DNA from: an uncultured Alphaproteobacteria bacterium
GTDB taxonomy: Bacteria > Pseudomonadota > Alphaproteobacteria > Rhizobiales > Rhodomicrobiaceae
DNA length: 64,000 bases
Assembly: GCA_963723755.1 (NCBI GenBank)
Contig: CAVRSS010000102.1
Location: 377 to 64,376 of the forward strand
Direction of reading: 5' to 3'
Numbering within the stretch: position 1 is the stretch's first letter; each line of letters opens with the position of its first letter. The notes below the pieces were generated by a model, which saw nothing but the letters and a program-made list of their open reading frames with translations, did no database searches and had not been told where the DNA came from. This document shows, piece by piece, positions 43,619 through 54,031 of this stretch. Both the position numbers and the translations under genes were made by a program.

Positions 43619-44353
43619 TTATTTATGTCCATTGCTGATGAGCTGGAGGGCAAGCTTGGGGTCGAGACGGCCGTCATAGAGCGCGCGGCCCGCGATGGCG
43701 CCAGCGATGATCGCATAGGCCGGGGAAAGCAGGCGCTTTACGTCGTCTATGCCGGCCAACCCCCCCGACGCGATAACCGGGATCGATACCGACCGCGCCA
43801 GATCGGCTGTCGCGTCGAGGTTGAGGCCCGTCAGCATTCCGTCGCGCGCGATGTCGGTGTAGATGATGGCCGCGACCCCCACATCCTGCAGCCGGCGTGC
43901 AAGATCGGTGGCGTATAGCTCCGAAGTTTCCGCCCAACCCTCGACGGCCACCCGGCCATCCTTGGCGTCGATCCCGACAGCGATCTTGCCCGGAAAGCGG
44001 GCACAGGCAGCCTTCACCAACGAAGGATTGCGGACCGCCGCCGTCCCCAGGATCACGCGGGAGACGCCACGGCTGAGCCACAGGGAAATGGCTTCAAGCG
44101 TGCGAATGCCGCCGCCAAGCTGCACGGGAATGGACACCGAAGAGAGGATCGCCGAAACGGCGTCCGCGTTCACGGAGCGGCCTTCGAAGGCGCCGTCGAG
44201 ATCGACCACGTGGAGCGCCGAGAACCCCTGCTGCGCGAATTGGCGAGCCTGGTCGGCCGGGCTCTCGTTGAACACCGTTGCCTGATCCATAAGGCCTTGG
44301 CGCAGACGCACGCATTGACCATTCTTCAGGTCGATAGCCGGGTAGAGGATCAT
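43619..44353 (-). CDS. hisA: ProFAR isomerase HisA
   Basis: [42 protein letters not shown]. Confidence 0.96.
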   Translation of the reverse strand: MILYPAIDLKNGQCVRLRQGLMDQATVFNESPADQARQFAQQGFSALHVVDLDGAFEGRSVNADAVSAILSSVSIPVQLGGGIRTLEAISLWLSRGVSRVILGTAAVRNPSLVKAACARFPGKIAVGIDAKDGRVAVEGWAETSELYATDLARRLQDVGVAAIIYTDIARDGMLTGLNLDATADLARSVSIPVIASGGLAGIDDVKRLLSPAYAIIAGAIAGRALYDGRLDPKLALQLISNGHK

Positions 44354-44523
44354 CGATTTATCCCCAATAGATCACTGGACGCGCGCCAAGCGTAGTCCAA
44401 GCCGCGGTTCGCCGCAACGCGTGACCTCGTCTCAGGCCAGGATTTGATTCGCAAGCGGCTCCGGCTGCAACCTTGAGGCCGTGAAAGTAGCGATTGAGGG
44501 GGCATCGCGCGGGATTAGTCTAA

Positions 44524-44643
44524 CAGGCTGCTGAAAAACGATGTTGCCCATGGTTCGACAAGCTCACCATGAGGATCAACTCGTTGAAGCGCGCGACCTC
44601 ATCCTGAGCCTGTCGAAGGATGAAGCCACGCCGCGCGGGAACT
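44524..44643 (+). repeat. Minimal copy of the composite MITE/REP doublet
   Basis: CTAA|CAGGCTGCTGAAAAA, one left arm, one right arm; right TIR eroded; another CTAA at 44644-44647. Confidence 0.8.
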
Positions 44644-44983
44644 CTAAATGGCCCTCCGAATTTCAGGAACCGATGGTTGCCATAAGGCCTGATTGTTGGC
44701 CGGATGGCCGGGCATGTCCCTGGACTCGCTTCAGCGCCCGACAGGCGGCGGCGATGGCTTCCCGCTCGGTGTTTATCAAGGGTTGGAGGTCTCGTTAACC
44801 TGCCGGCAAGGCGATTTCGCTGAAGATCTTCAGAAGAAGGAATGCGGGCAAAAGCGCCAGGGACATTTAGATGCAGCCATTCGCAATTCGCATATAAAAA
44901 AAGCATCCGGGCGCTGCTTTAAAATGGAGCACACGGCCAATCGAGACGGGAAAAAAGTCACACCGGGGGGGAGGGAAAGCTGC

Positions 44984-45634
44984 TTAAGGCCGCCACTGCA
45001 AAAAGTTTGAAATCAACTTCAGCCCTAGTTTCTGGCTCTTTTCCGGGTGGAACTGGCTTCCAGCAATGTTGCCGCGCGTGACGAGCGCGGTGATCGGGCC
45101 GCCATAATCCGATCGCGCCAGCACGTCGCCGGCATCTTTGGGCAGGAACTGGTAGGAATGCACGAAGTACGCATGCCACCCGTCCGGCCCATCGGGAATA
45201 CCCTCGGTCAGGGCGTGGCCTCTTGCGAAGGACAGCGTGTTCCAGCCCATGTGTGGGATCTTGAGCGACTTATCGGACGGCTTGATGAGGTCCACCTCGC
45301 CGCCGATCCAGCCCAGACCCTGATGGATGCCGTGCTCCAGCCCGCGATCCGCAAGCATTTGCATGCCCACGCAAATGCCGAAGAATGGCCGCCCGCGCTT
45401 CAGCACCGCTTCCTTCAAGGCGTCGATCATTCCGGGCGTGTCGCTGAGGCCGCGATAGCAATCGCCGAATGCGCCAACGCCGGGAAGAACGATGCGGTCC
45501 GCGCGCAAGACGGCGTCCGGGTCCCCGGTGACAATGATTTCGTAAGCAAGGCCGCTTTCGCGGGCTGCGCGCTCGAAAGCCTTTTGAGCCGAGTGAAGAT
45601 TGCCGGATTGGTAATCGACGATTGCAACGAACAT
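44984..45634 (-). CDS. hisH: Imidazole glycerol phosphate synthase subunit HisH
   Basis: [33 protein letters not shown]. Confidence 0.96.
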   Translation of the reverse strand: MFVAIVDYQSGNLHSAQKAFERAARESGLAYEIIVTGDPDAVLRADRIVLPGVGAFGDCYRGLSDTPGMIDALKEAVLKRGRPFFGICVGMQMLADRGLEHGIHQGLGWIGGEVDLIKPSDKSLKIPHMGWNTLSFARGHALTEGIPDGPDGWHAYFVHSYQFLPKDAGDVLARSDYGGPITALVTRGNIAGSQFHPEKSQKLGLKLISNFLQWRP

Positions 45635-45637
45635 GGG

Positions 45638-46144
45638 CTATGCCGTTGCCTCCGGCCATCCGATTGTATGTGACGTTTGCCAGTCTCCGCTTTTGAAACC
45701 CATCGCAGGCGTCCCAGGTGCAGCCCCTTTTCCCGCGGCATGAGGAAGCCAGGCGTCGAAGAAACGCTGCTCGCATTCCAGGCGGCTACGCCCGACGACG
45801 GATCCCAGAAGGGCATAACCCCTGCGCTGCAGGTTCCAGCGCAGAATGTTATTGCCCTCGAAACCGATAATGAGGGAAACCAGAATATCAACGATCGGCG
45901 GCGCCTGGTTCTTGAGGCCGAACTCAATGAGCCCACCGTAAAGGCCAGCCATAACGACAAGCGTCAGGATGAACGCGAGCCAAAGCCGGTTATACAAAAG
46001 CCAGAGCGGGCCGAAGAGAAAGCCCCAGATCGTGAAGCCTTCCCTGACGAACACGAGGCTGTCGGCCCGCGCTTCGAGACTCTGTGCCGGACGCTGCGGC
46101 TCATGCACGGTAAAAATAATCATGGGCTTTTCCAGCCGGGACAT
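45638..46144 (-). CDS. DUF2628 membrane protein
   Basis: FTVHEP, FVREGF, GPLWLL..RLW, EQRFF; usual position between hisB and hisH. Confidence 0.8.
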   Translation of the reverse strand: MSRLEKPMIIFTVHEPQRPAQSLEARADSLVFVREGFTIWGFLFGPLWLLYNRLWLAFILTLVVMAGLYGGLIEFGLKNQAPPIVDILVSLIIGFEGNNILRWNLQRRGYALLGSVVGRSRLECEQRFFDAWLPHAAGKGAAPGTPAMGFKSGDWQTSHTIGWPEATA

Positions 46145-46737
46145 CAGTTCCCGAGCTGTCCTTTCGTGGATGGAATTTCGCCTGCCATCTCTTCATCGAT
46201 AGTGATGGCACTCCGCAAGGCGCGCGCCAAGCCCTTGAAGCAGCTTTCCGCGATATGATGAGCATTTTCGCCGTAGAGCGCCTCGATGTGAAGGGTGATC
46301 CCGGCGTTCTGGGCGAACGCCTGGAAGAACTCACGAAAAAGTTCTGTATCCATCGCGCCGATTGTCTCGGTGGGAAAGGTGACGCGCCAGATCAGGTAAG
46401 GGCGGCCGGAGATGTCAAGCGCCGTCCGGGTCAGCGTCTCATCCATCGGCAGGTAGGCATGGGCGTAGCGTGTGATGCCCCGCTTGTCGCCGAGCGCTTT
46501 CGCAATGGCTTGCCCGAGCGCGATGCCACAGTCCTCCACCGTGTGATGCTGATCGACATGCAGATCGCCCTTCGCATGAAGGGTGATGTCGATGCGGGAA
46601 TGGCGCGAAAGCTGCTCCAGCATATGATCGAAGAAACCGACACCGGTGGAAATCGAAAATGCGCCGCTCCCATCGAGGTTGACCTCGACGGCGATCGCGG
46701 TCTCTTTTGTTTTTCGTTCGATTCGCGCTTTTCTCAA
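46144..46737 (-). CDS. hisB: Imidazoleglycerol-phosphate dehydratase
   Basis: [30 protein letters not shown]. Confidence 0.96.
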   Translation of the reverse strand: MRKARIERKTKETAIAVEVNLDGSGAFSISTGVGFFDHMLEQLSRHSRIDITLHAKGDLHVDQHHTVEDCGIALGQAIAKALGDKRGITRYAHAYLPMDETLTRTALDISGRPYLIWRVTFPTETIGAMDTELFREFFQAFAQNAGITLHIEALYGENAHHIAESCFKGLARALRSAITIDEEMAGEIPSTKGQLGN

Positions 46738-46767
46738 GGTTCAGCCCTCGCTCGCCGCAAGCCGCTT

Positions 46768-46795
46768 CTTGACGGTTCCGCGGCGCTTTCCATAT
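46768..46795 (+). promoter_or_regulatory. RpoH-like promoter for hslVU
   Basis: CTTGAC-N16-CCATAT upstream of hslV. Confidence 0.5.
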
Positions 46796-46822
46796 CCCAC
46801 GCCAGAAGAGCAGGTACGATAC

Positions 46823-47395
46823 ATGACGCCTTTCGCGCAATCACTTCAAGATCCAACCGGCTGGCATGGCACGACAATCCTTACGGTCCGCAAGGGCGGA
46901 CACGTGGTCGTGGCAGGCGACGGCCAAGTCACACTTGGACAGACAATCATCAAAGCCAACGCGAAGAAGGTCCGCACGCTCGGCAAGGGCAACGTGATCT
47001 CGGGCTTTGCGGGTGCGACAGCCGATGCGTTCACGCTCTTCGAGCGCCTGGAATTGAAGCTGGAGATGTACCCCGAGCAACTGGTCCGGGCTTGCGTGGA
47101 TCTCGCCAAGGATTGGCGCACCGATCGCTATCTGCGACGGCTCGAAGCCATGATGATCGTCGCCGACAAAAACTCGACGCTCGTCTTGACGGGCACCGGC
47201 GATGTGCTGGAGCCGGATCGCAATGTGATGGGCATCGGCTCCGGCGGCAACTATGCCTTGGCCGCCGCTCGCGCTCTTTTGGAAACAGACTTCTCGGCAG
47301 AGGACATCGCTCGCAAGTCCATGGCAATCGCCGCCGACATTTGCGTTTATACGAATAACAGCCTCGTCGTCGAGAGCTTGCCTTCAGCGGTTTAA
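46823..47395 (+). CDS. hslV: ATP-dependent protease subunit HslV
   Basis: HG|[24 protein letters not shown]. Confidence 0.96.
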   Translation: MTPFAQSLQDPTGWHGTTILTVRKGGHVVVAGDGQVTLGQTIIKANAKKVRTLGKGNVISGFAGATADAFTLFERLELKLEMYPEQLVRACVDLAKDWRTDRYLRRLEAMMIVADKNSTLVLTGTGDVLEPDRNVMGIGSGGNYALAAARALLETDFSAEDIARKSMAIAADICVYTNNSLVVESLPSAV

Positions 47396-47495
47396 ACGAC
47401 ATCTTATCTGATGGCCGGACCTGGCCCTGACCCCAGATCAAAAACGCTCGATCTGTGGAGGGGGACAAAGCAGGCCATCACATCGGGAAAACGAC

Positions 47496-48803
47496 ATGAC
47501 CAACTTCTCCCCGCGAGAAATCGTATCTGAACTGGACCGCTATATCGTCGGTCAGAATGACGCCAAGCGCGCGGTCGCCATCGCTCTGCGCAACCGCTGG
47601 CGCCGGCAGCAGCTCGACGAAGATATGCGGGAAGAAGTTCTGCCGAAGAACATTCTCATGATCGGCCCAACGGGCGTCGGCAAGACGGAGATTTCGCGCA
47701 GGCTTGCCAAGCTCGCCAATGCGCCATTTCTCAAGGTTGAGGCGACGAAATTCACTGAGGTCGGCTATGTCGGCCGCGATGTGGATCAGATCGTGCGCGA
47801 CCTCGTGGAGGCGGCCATCGGCCTTGTGCGCGACGGAAAGCGCAAGGAAGTCCGGGCGAAAGCACATCTTCAAGCCGAGGAGCGGGTCTTGAACGCTCTC
47901 GTCGGCGCCAACGCCAGCCCCGCGACGAAGGAGGCCTTCCGCAAGCGCCTTCGCGACGGTGAACTGGACGACAAGGAGATCGAGGTCCAGGTTTCCGATT
48001 CAGGCGGCGGCATACCCGGATTCGAAATCCCGGGAATGCCGGGCAGCTCCATCGGCATGATCAATCTCAACGACATGCTCGGCAAGGCTTTCGGAGGGCG
48101 CTCCAAAACACGGCGGCTGAACGTGCGCGACTCCTACGAGATCCTCATCAACGACAAGTCCGACAAGCTTCTCGACAATGATCAGGTCATCCAGGAAGCG
48201 ATCAAGTCGGTCGAGAATGACGGCATCGTATTTCTGGACGAGATCGACAAGATCTGCGCCCGCTCGGAGCGCGTGGGCGCGGATGTGAGCCGCGAGGGCG
48301 TGCAGCGCGATCTGCTCCCGCTCATCGAAGGCACGACTGTTGGCACGAAATACGGGCCGGTGAAGACCGATCACATCCTCTTCATCGCGTCGGGCGCGTT
48401 TCATGTGGCGAAGCCGTCCGATTTGTTGCCGGAGCTGCAAGGGCGGCTGCCGATCCGGGTGGAGTTGCAGGCTTTGACGGGCGATGACTTCCGCCGAATT
48501 CTACGCGAACCGAAGACGAGCCTGATCAAGCAGTATATCGCACTGATGGCGACCGAAGGTGTTGAGCTGGAATTCACCGAGGACGCCATCGACGCGATTG
48601 CGGACGTCGCCGTCGAGGTGAATTCGAACGTGGAGAATATCGGCGCGCGGCGGCTTTCGACGGTGATGGAGCGCGTGCTGGACGAGATCAGCTTCGAGGC
48701 TTCGGACAAGGCGCGCACGAAATTCACCATCGACGCGAATTACGTGAAAGTACACGTGGGCGATCTTGCCAAGAACGCTGATCTTTCCAAGTTCATTCTG
48801 TAG
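47496..48803 (+). CDS. hslU: ATP-dependent protease ATPase subunit HslU
   Basis: [31 protein letters not shown]. Confidence 0.97.
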   Translation: MTNFSPREIVSELDRYIVGQNDAKRAVAIALRNRWRRQQLDEDMREEVLPKNILMIGPTGVGKTEISRRLAKLANAPFLKVEATKFTEVGYVGRDVDQIVRDLVEAAIGLVRDGKRKEVRAKAHLQAEERVLNALVGANASPATKEAFRKRLRDGELDDKEIEVQVSDSGGGIPGFEIPGMPGSSIGMINLNDMLGKAFGGRSKTRRLNVRDSYEILINDKSDKLLDNDQVIQEAIKSVENDGIVFLDEIDKICARSERVGADVSREGVQRDLLPLIEGTTVGTKYGPVKTDHILFIASGAFHVAKPSDLLPELQGRLPIRVELQALTGDDFRRILREPKTSLIKQYIALMATEGVELEFTEDAIDAIADVAVEVNSNVENIGARRLSTVMERVLDEISFEASDKARTKFTIDANYVKVHVGDLAKNADLSKFIL

Positions 48804-48889
48804 CGGGAATTGGGAAGACGTGGTTTACTGGCTTCTCATCAGAAGCGCCATTTATAATCCAGTCTACCGTCCAGGAGAGAGAATTCGCC

Positions 48890-49714
48890 ATGTCTCAGCT
48901 AACGCCTGAAGGCGAAAAAATTGTCGCCGCGATCGCGGATCGCTACGGCATTGGCGTCGGCGCCGTGAAAACGATGCTGGACGCTGTAGCGAGGGGCGGC
49001 GGGAGCATGGCGCAGTTCAATCTGCCCGAGTTCGGCGGGAGTGGTCAGTGGATGCGCGGCGGCATGACCATGGTCGGCGACATGTTCAACAATTCGCTGA
49101 AGGCGACCGTCGACAATCTTTGCAATGAACTGTCTCAGATTTTGAATTACCAACCCAGCGTATTCGCGCCCTTCATGCCGTCTCAGACGCAGATGCAAAG
49201 CCAGGGAAGCGGTGGCACAAGTTTCTGGCAGTCGTCGCAGTCGGGATCGTGGTGGCCATCCGAATTGGGGAGCGCTTCGTCGACGGGTTCGCAGAACAAT
49301 CTCCGCTACGCCTATTTTCCCGGCAGCAATCGGCTGGCGATCGACGACCGCGGACGCGTCGAGGTGTATGACACCAGCGGTTACGACATTGGCGGCTTCG
49401 GCCAGCAACAAAGCGGCGATGCCTCGCTGACTTTCACCAGCCCGCGCGGTGTTGTTCGCGTCGACAGCCTGCCTCGCGTCACGACTGGGACTTCGGCTCC
49501 GCAGGCTTCTTGGCCGTCCGAGGCTCCGCCCGCGACGCAGGCGCAGGCTCCAGTTGCGCCGTCTGAGTCATCGCCCTCGACGCAACTGCCCGCAAGCGGT
49601 GACAGCGGTTCGATCCTCGGCTTGATCGAACAACTGGGTCAGTTGAAGGAAAAGGGCCTTATCACCGAGCAGGAGTTCGCAGCGAAGAAGGCCGAACTTC
49701 TTAAGCGATTGTAA
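48890..49714 (+). CDS. SHOCT-domain protein
   Basis: C-terminal LKEKGLITEQEFAAKKAELLKRL; GQWMRGGMTMVGDMFN N-domain. Confidence 0.85.
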   Translation: MSQLTPEGEKIVAAIADRYGIGVGAVKTMLDAVARGGGSMAQFNLPEFGGSGQWMRGGMTMVGDMFNNSLKATVDNLCNELSQILNYQPSVFAPFMPSQTQMQSQGSGGTSFWQSSQSGSWWPSELGSASSTGSQNNLRYAYFPGSNRLAIDDRGRVEVYDTSGYDIGGFGQQQSGDASLTFTSPRGVVRVDSLPRVTTGTSAPQASWPSEAPPATQAQAPVAPSESSPSTQLPASGDSGSILGLIEQLGQLKEKGLITEQEFAAKKAELLKRL

Positions 49715-49835
49715 ATGCCTCGCTTTTATGCGATAGGTCGCTTCAATTGAAAATTTTAGTGTAAATCACTTTCAACCTTAAGTCGCTATCTGTGAACTTG
49801 GCCGATAGGGCCATTTTCATAGAAAGCGAATCAAG

Positions 49836-50162
49836 ATGGCAAACCTTTCTCCCTCAACAGTTGCGATCAATACGATTGCACACTGCCTCGCAAATGCTTT
49901 GGATGCATCGAGTGGGCTCGACGCTTCGATGGCAGCGGACCTCCGCGCTTTGCTGCGCGTCGCCTCCGGCGAAGTTGACCGCGTCCGTAAGTCCAATCGC
50001 AAAGCCGCCGCTGCCGCGAAACGTGCTCCGGCCGAGCAAGCTGGAAAGAAGGCAAAGTCGAAGCGCGCTATCGCCGAAGTGATCGAGGTCCAGCAGAAGC
50101 CGGGCAAGTCTAAGAGCCGCAGCCGCAAGGCTCAGGCAGCCAATGGCCTTGTTACGCACTGA
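49836..50162 (+). CDS. Small protein with Lys/Ala/Arg-rich C-terminus
   Basis: 108-aa ORF with host-like codon use, preceded by an AT-rich region. Confidence 0.65.
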   Translation: MANLSPSTVAINTIAHCLANALDASSGLDASMAADLRALLRVASGEVDRVRKSNRKAAAAAKRAPAEQAGKKAKSKRAIAEVIEVQQKPGKSKSRSRKAQAANGLVTH

Positions 50163-50250
50163 GCAGACCTGCTTGGGCATGAGCATGAAACAAAGCCGGT
50201 CGCAGGCGCTTCGTTCTCGCGTCTCAAGGCCGGGCACCGGCTCTTGTTTT

Positions 50251-50646
50251 TCAACTGCGCAACCCGAGAGCGCCGATCGCGAGGGCTGCCCAGCCAACCA
50301 TAAGTGAAACACCGCCAAGCGGGACGACGCCCGAGCTGGAACTCAAGCTCCGTGCGACCTGCACGTAAATGCCGCCCGAAAAGCAGACAATGCCAATCAG
50401 GAAGGCAAGGGCGGCAGCCTGCAGAAACCACGTGGAGAAGCGTGCGCGGCTCCCCTCCGATTGCAGCAAGACGATCCCGACCCCGAGCAAGGCCAGCGCG
50501 TGAAGAGCGTGATAGTGCTGGCCGGTCGAGAAGATGCGCTTTGCATCGGCGCTTATATCGCCAAGTGCGTGGGAGCCAATTGCCCCGGCCGCGACCGCAA
50601 GGCCGCCCAGAATGGCCGCTATGAAAATCCAGAACCGTCCGTTCAT
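50251..50646 (-). CDS. DUF423 (YgdD-like) membrane protein
   Basis: GAIGSH, YHALHALAL, FSGGIY, PLGG...GW. Confidence 0.88.
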   Translation of the reverse strand: MNGRFWIFIAAILGGLAVAAGAIGSHALGDISADAKRIFSTGQHYHALHALALLGVGIVLLQSEGSRARFSTWFLQAAALAFLIGIVCFSGGIYVQVARSLSSSSGVVPLGGVSLMVGWAALAIGALGLRS

Positions 50647-50679
50647 GCCCTCACCTCAGCCGATAGCGCCCGTCGGCGC

Positions 50680-51996
50680 TCACGCCGCCGCAGCCGTTCG
50701 GCTCATGGCCTCCATCTCTCTTCGGGTCTTTACGGCAAGGTCATCCTCTTTGAGGAGAACATCGCCGGTCTTGACGAAAGACCCGGACGGCATATCACGC
50801 TTGACCTTTACGCCATGCGCCAGCCCGATGGGCAACAGATCCTCGGCGAGCGACCGGGACGCCGGCACGAGTTTTCCGTAAACGGTATATCCGCCTTCGC
50901 CATCGAGAACGTCGCCGGCCTTCAAATTCCGCTTCGCCAGCGCCACGACATCGGCGCGCCATTCGAGCGGGGTGCCGGTTGCTTCCCCGCGCAGCACAGC
51001 ATTCAAAACCGAGATCGAAAGCTCAAGGCCGATCAAGTGGAACGGCTTGTACATCGCCGCGTAGAGGCCTGTGCTGTCGACTTGCAAGCCGTACTGACTG
51101 AAGCAGGCCGCGGCATATTTGTTTGGGGCTTTCAGGAGCACGAACACGCCCCAGCGTAGATCGCGAGAGACTTGCCGGCCATCGCGTTCCAGCGATGACA
51201 CGACCGCGACCATACCTTCGCGATCAAGTTGACCTCCGCTGGCCTTCGGCCGCAGGACGTGAGCCAGATCGTCCACGCCGCACGGCGGAAAAGAAAGGCC
51301 ATCGAAGGGAACATCGAGACCGCATGCGTTCGCGACCGCTGCCATCTCGATGGACGTCTTCGTGCCGTCGAGAAATGAGTTGAACATCTGGGGGTTCATC
51401 CCCGCCAGGCTCGCCTGCGCCGGGGTCAATCCGTAGTAAGTCCATACGTCGGCGGGCGTAAGCGTGTGATAGTTCGGGAGATATTTTGTGCCCTTGCCCG
51501 CCGCGGCGACGATGAAACCCGACGCGCGCGCCCAATCGACCATTTCCGCGATAAGCGCGGGTTGGTCGCCATAGGCCATCGAATAGACCACGCCCTTCTC
51601 GCGCGCTCGCGCCGCAAGCAGCGGCCCGGCGAGAACATCGGCCTCGACACTCACCATGACCAAATGCTTCTTCGCGCCGATGGCCGCCAGGGCATGAGCG
51701 ATCGCCGCGCTTGGATTGCCCGTTGCCTCGATGATTACGTCCACATCATCGCGAGTGCAGGCATTGAGCGCATCGCGTGTGATGACGGTTCCAGCCATCC
51801 TTTTCGCATCCCAACCGACGGTGCGGCAGGCCGTTTTCGCACGTTCCATGTCGCGATCGGCAATGAAGGCCACCTTGAGCCCTTGGATTGTCGGAACCTG
51901 GGAAAGGAACATCGATCCGAACTTGCCCGCGCCGATAAGCCCGACACGGATGGGTTTGGTCTGAGCCCGCGCCGCAAGCTTCGCAATCAAGCTCAT
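50680..51996 (-). CDS. Homoserine dehydrogenase-like NAD(P) oxidoreductase with C-terminal SAF domain
   Basis: GAGKFG, GDQP, SFLDGTK, LDGEGGYTVYG, LPIGLAH. Confidence 0.85.
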   Translation of the reverse strand: MSLIAKLAARAQTKPIRVGLIGAGKFGSMFLSQVPTIQGLKVAFIADRDMERAKTACRTVGWDAKRMAGTVITRDALNACTRDDVDVIIEATGNPSAAIAHALAAIGAKKHLVMVSVEADVLAGPLLAARAREKGVVYSMAYGDQPALIAEMVDWARASGFIVAAAGKGTKYLPNYHTLTPADVWTYYGLTPAQASLAGMNPQMFNSFLDGTKTSIEMAAVANACGLDVPFDGLSFPPCGVDDLAHVLRPKASGGQLDREGMVAVVSSLERDGRQVSRDLRWGVFVLLKAPNKYAAACFSQYGLQVDSTGLYAAMYKPFHLIGLELSISVLNAVLRGEATGTPLEWRADVVALAKRNLKAGDVLDGEGGYTVYGKLVPASRSLAEDLLPIGLAHGVKVKRDMPSGSFVKTGDVLLKEDDLAVKTRREMEAMSRTAAAA

Positions 51997-52030
51997 GAAC
52001 GATCCTCTCTCACAATCAGATGCACCGCCC

Positions 52031-53711
52031 CTACTGCTCTTGGCACCGCCGGTTTCGCAGGAAAAGAGCGCCAATGATGCAGGTCACGCCTGCGACAGAA
52101 ACGGGATACCAAAGTCCTGCGTAAACATCGCCCGTCGCCGCCACGATGGCGGTTGCCAGCAGCGGCAGCATCCCTCCGAATACCCCATTTCCGATATGAT
52201 AGGGAAAAGAGAGAGAGGTGTATCGGACTTTCGGCGGGAAAAGCTCGACAAGAAATGCGGCAATAGGCCCGTAGACCATAGTGGCGTAGAGCATCAGCGC
52301 GACCAAAGTCGCAAGCGCGACCGCGTGGTTGATCCGGGCTGGATCAGCCGGCTTCCGTTCGAACAGGGGATCGCCTAGCGAGTTCGACCGCAGGCTCTCC
52401 GTTCGCGTATTTCCAGGTCAATCCTGGATAACCTGCTGCGAAGAGAGCGCGCTCGAATATGGTGTTGATGGTGTCCTTGTCCTTGAGCGAAACGTTCACC
52501 GTCTGGCCATCGATGAAGACGGAAACAGACGTGGAGCCTGGCGTATCCACCCTGGTGAAGGACAGACCCGACTTCGTGAGGAAATCCGTGACTTGATCGC
52601 AGAGGCTGAAGCTCGACCAAGGGCCAACGAAGATGTGGACGTTACAGGTCGCCTGGTCGACGCGCAGCGTGATCGGATTCGCCGCCTGGAACTCGACCAG
52701 CGCCGGGTTGGTGGCGTAGGATAAAACATGAAAAAGCGGAAAGGTGGTGGCGGACGCGATCAAGCATCCAGCGAGAATGATCTTCAGGCGGCCAATCTTG
52801 TCGGAGAGCCATCCGAAGAAGATGAAGAAAGGCATGCCGATCGCGAGCGCTGACCCTACAAGGAGATAGGTGGTCAGATAATCCAGATGCAGCGTTATCG
52901 TCAGAAAGAAGAGCGTGTAGAACTGCGCCGTGTACCAGACCACGCCTTGGCCTGCCGTTGCGCCGAGTAGCGAAAGCACGATGAGCTTATTGTTCGGCCA
53001 TCTGAAGAAGCTTTCCCAAACCGGGATCGCAGACGAGCGCCCCTCGGACTTCATGCGGAGAAAAACAGGCGTCTCTCGCAATTTGATGCGGATATAGATC
53101 GAAAACGCCAGCAGAAAGATCGAGAAAAGGAAGGGGAGCCGCCAGCCCAGGCGCTCGAAATCGGCGCTCGGGATCTGCCAGCGGCAAACTCCGATCACAA
53201 TCAACGCCAGAAGAAGACCGGACGTCGCCGTCGTTTAAATCCAGCTTGTAGCGTAACCGCGCCTTGTTGCCGGATTGTATTCGGCCACGTAGGTCGCCGC
53301 CCCGCCATATTCGCCGCCGAGCGCCAGACCCTGTATGAGGCGTAACGTGAGGAGAAGGATCGGGGCGAGCCAGCCAACCTGCTCAAATGTGGGAAGCAAT
53401 CCCACTGTAAAGGTTGAAAAGCCCATAAATACGATGGTGATCAGGAATGTATATTTGCGCCCGGTCAGGTCGCCGAGGCGCCCGAAGAACACGGCTCCGA
53501 ATGGGCGCACGATGAACCCCGCCGAATAGGTCGCGAATGCGGCGAGAAGCGCGGCCGTTTCATTCTCAGGCGGAAAGAAAAGCTTGGCGAAAAATGGCGC
53601 GAGCACGGCATAAAGATAGAAGTCGTACCACTCGAAAACCGTGCCGATCGATGATGCAACGATCACGCGGCGGCGTTCCGCCCGCGTTACAAAGAACGGC
53701 TCCTTGCGCAT
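52031..53711 (-). pseudogene. MHS-family MFS transporter paralog with in-frame nonsense codon and an indel
   Basis: GTVFEWYDF; SWI*TTAT (TAA at 53235-53237 where the paralog has CAA); frame shift near 52350. Confidence 0.65.
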
Positions 53712-54031
53712 CGCTGTCCCCGCCAAGCCCCGTCCTCTCCCGGCTATCCCGTACCACTTATGAGAGCATTGCTATTGCTATAGCGGAACCGTAACATTCG
53801 TGTACGATAAAAGAGGATGGCTGCGGCGAATTTTTGCGGGCGAGGAAGGGGTTAACCTCGAACGAAAGCGATAGGCTTGGCATTCATGCGAAAGTCTTAT
53901 CTCTAACCGTCTTAGACCGTTTCAAAAAGAGCTAGGATAGCTCTTGATCGATTTCCACGCTCCTCTGTATATCTGGATTCGCCATTCGTTCCGTTGCATG
54001 GCAAAGCGATTTCCCGATCGAGGAGGTATAA

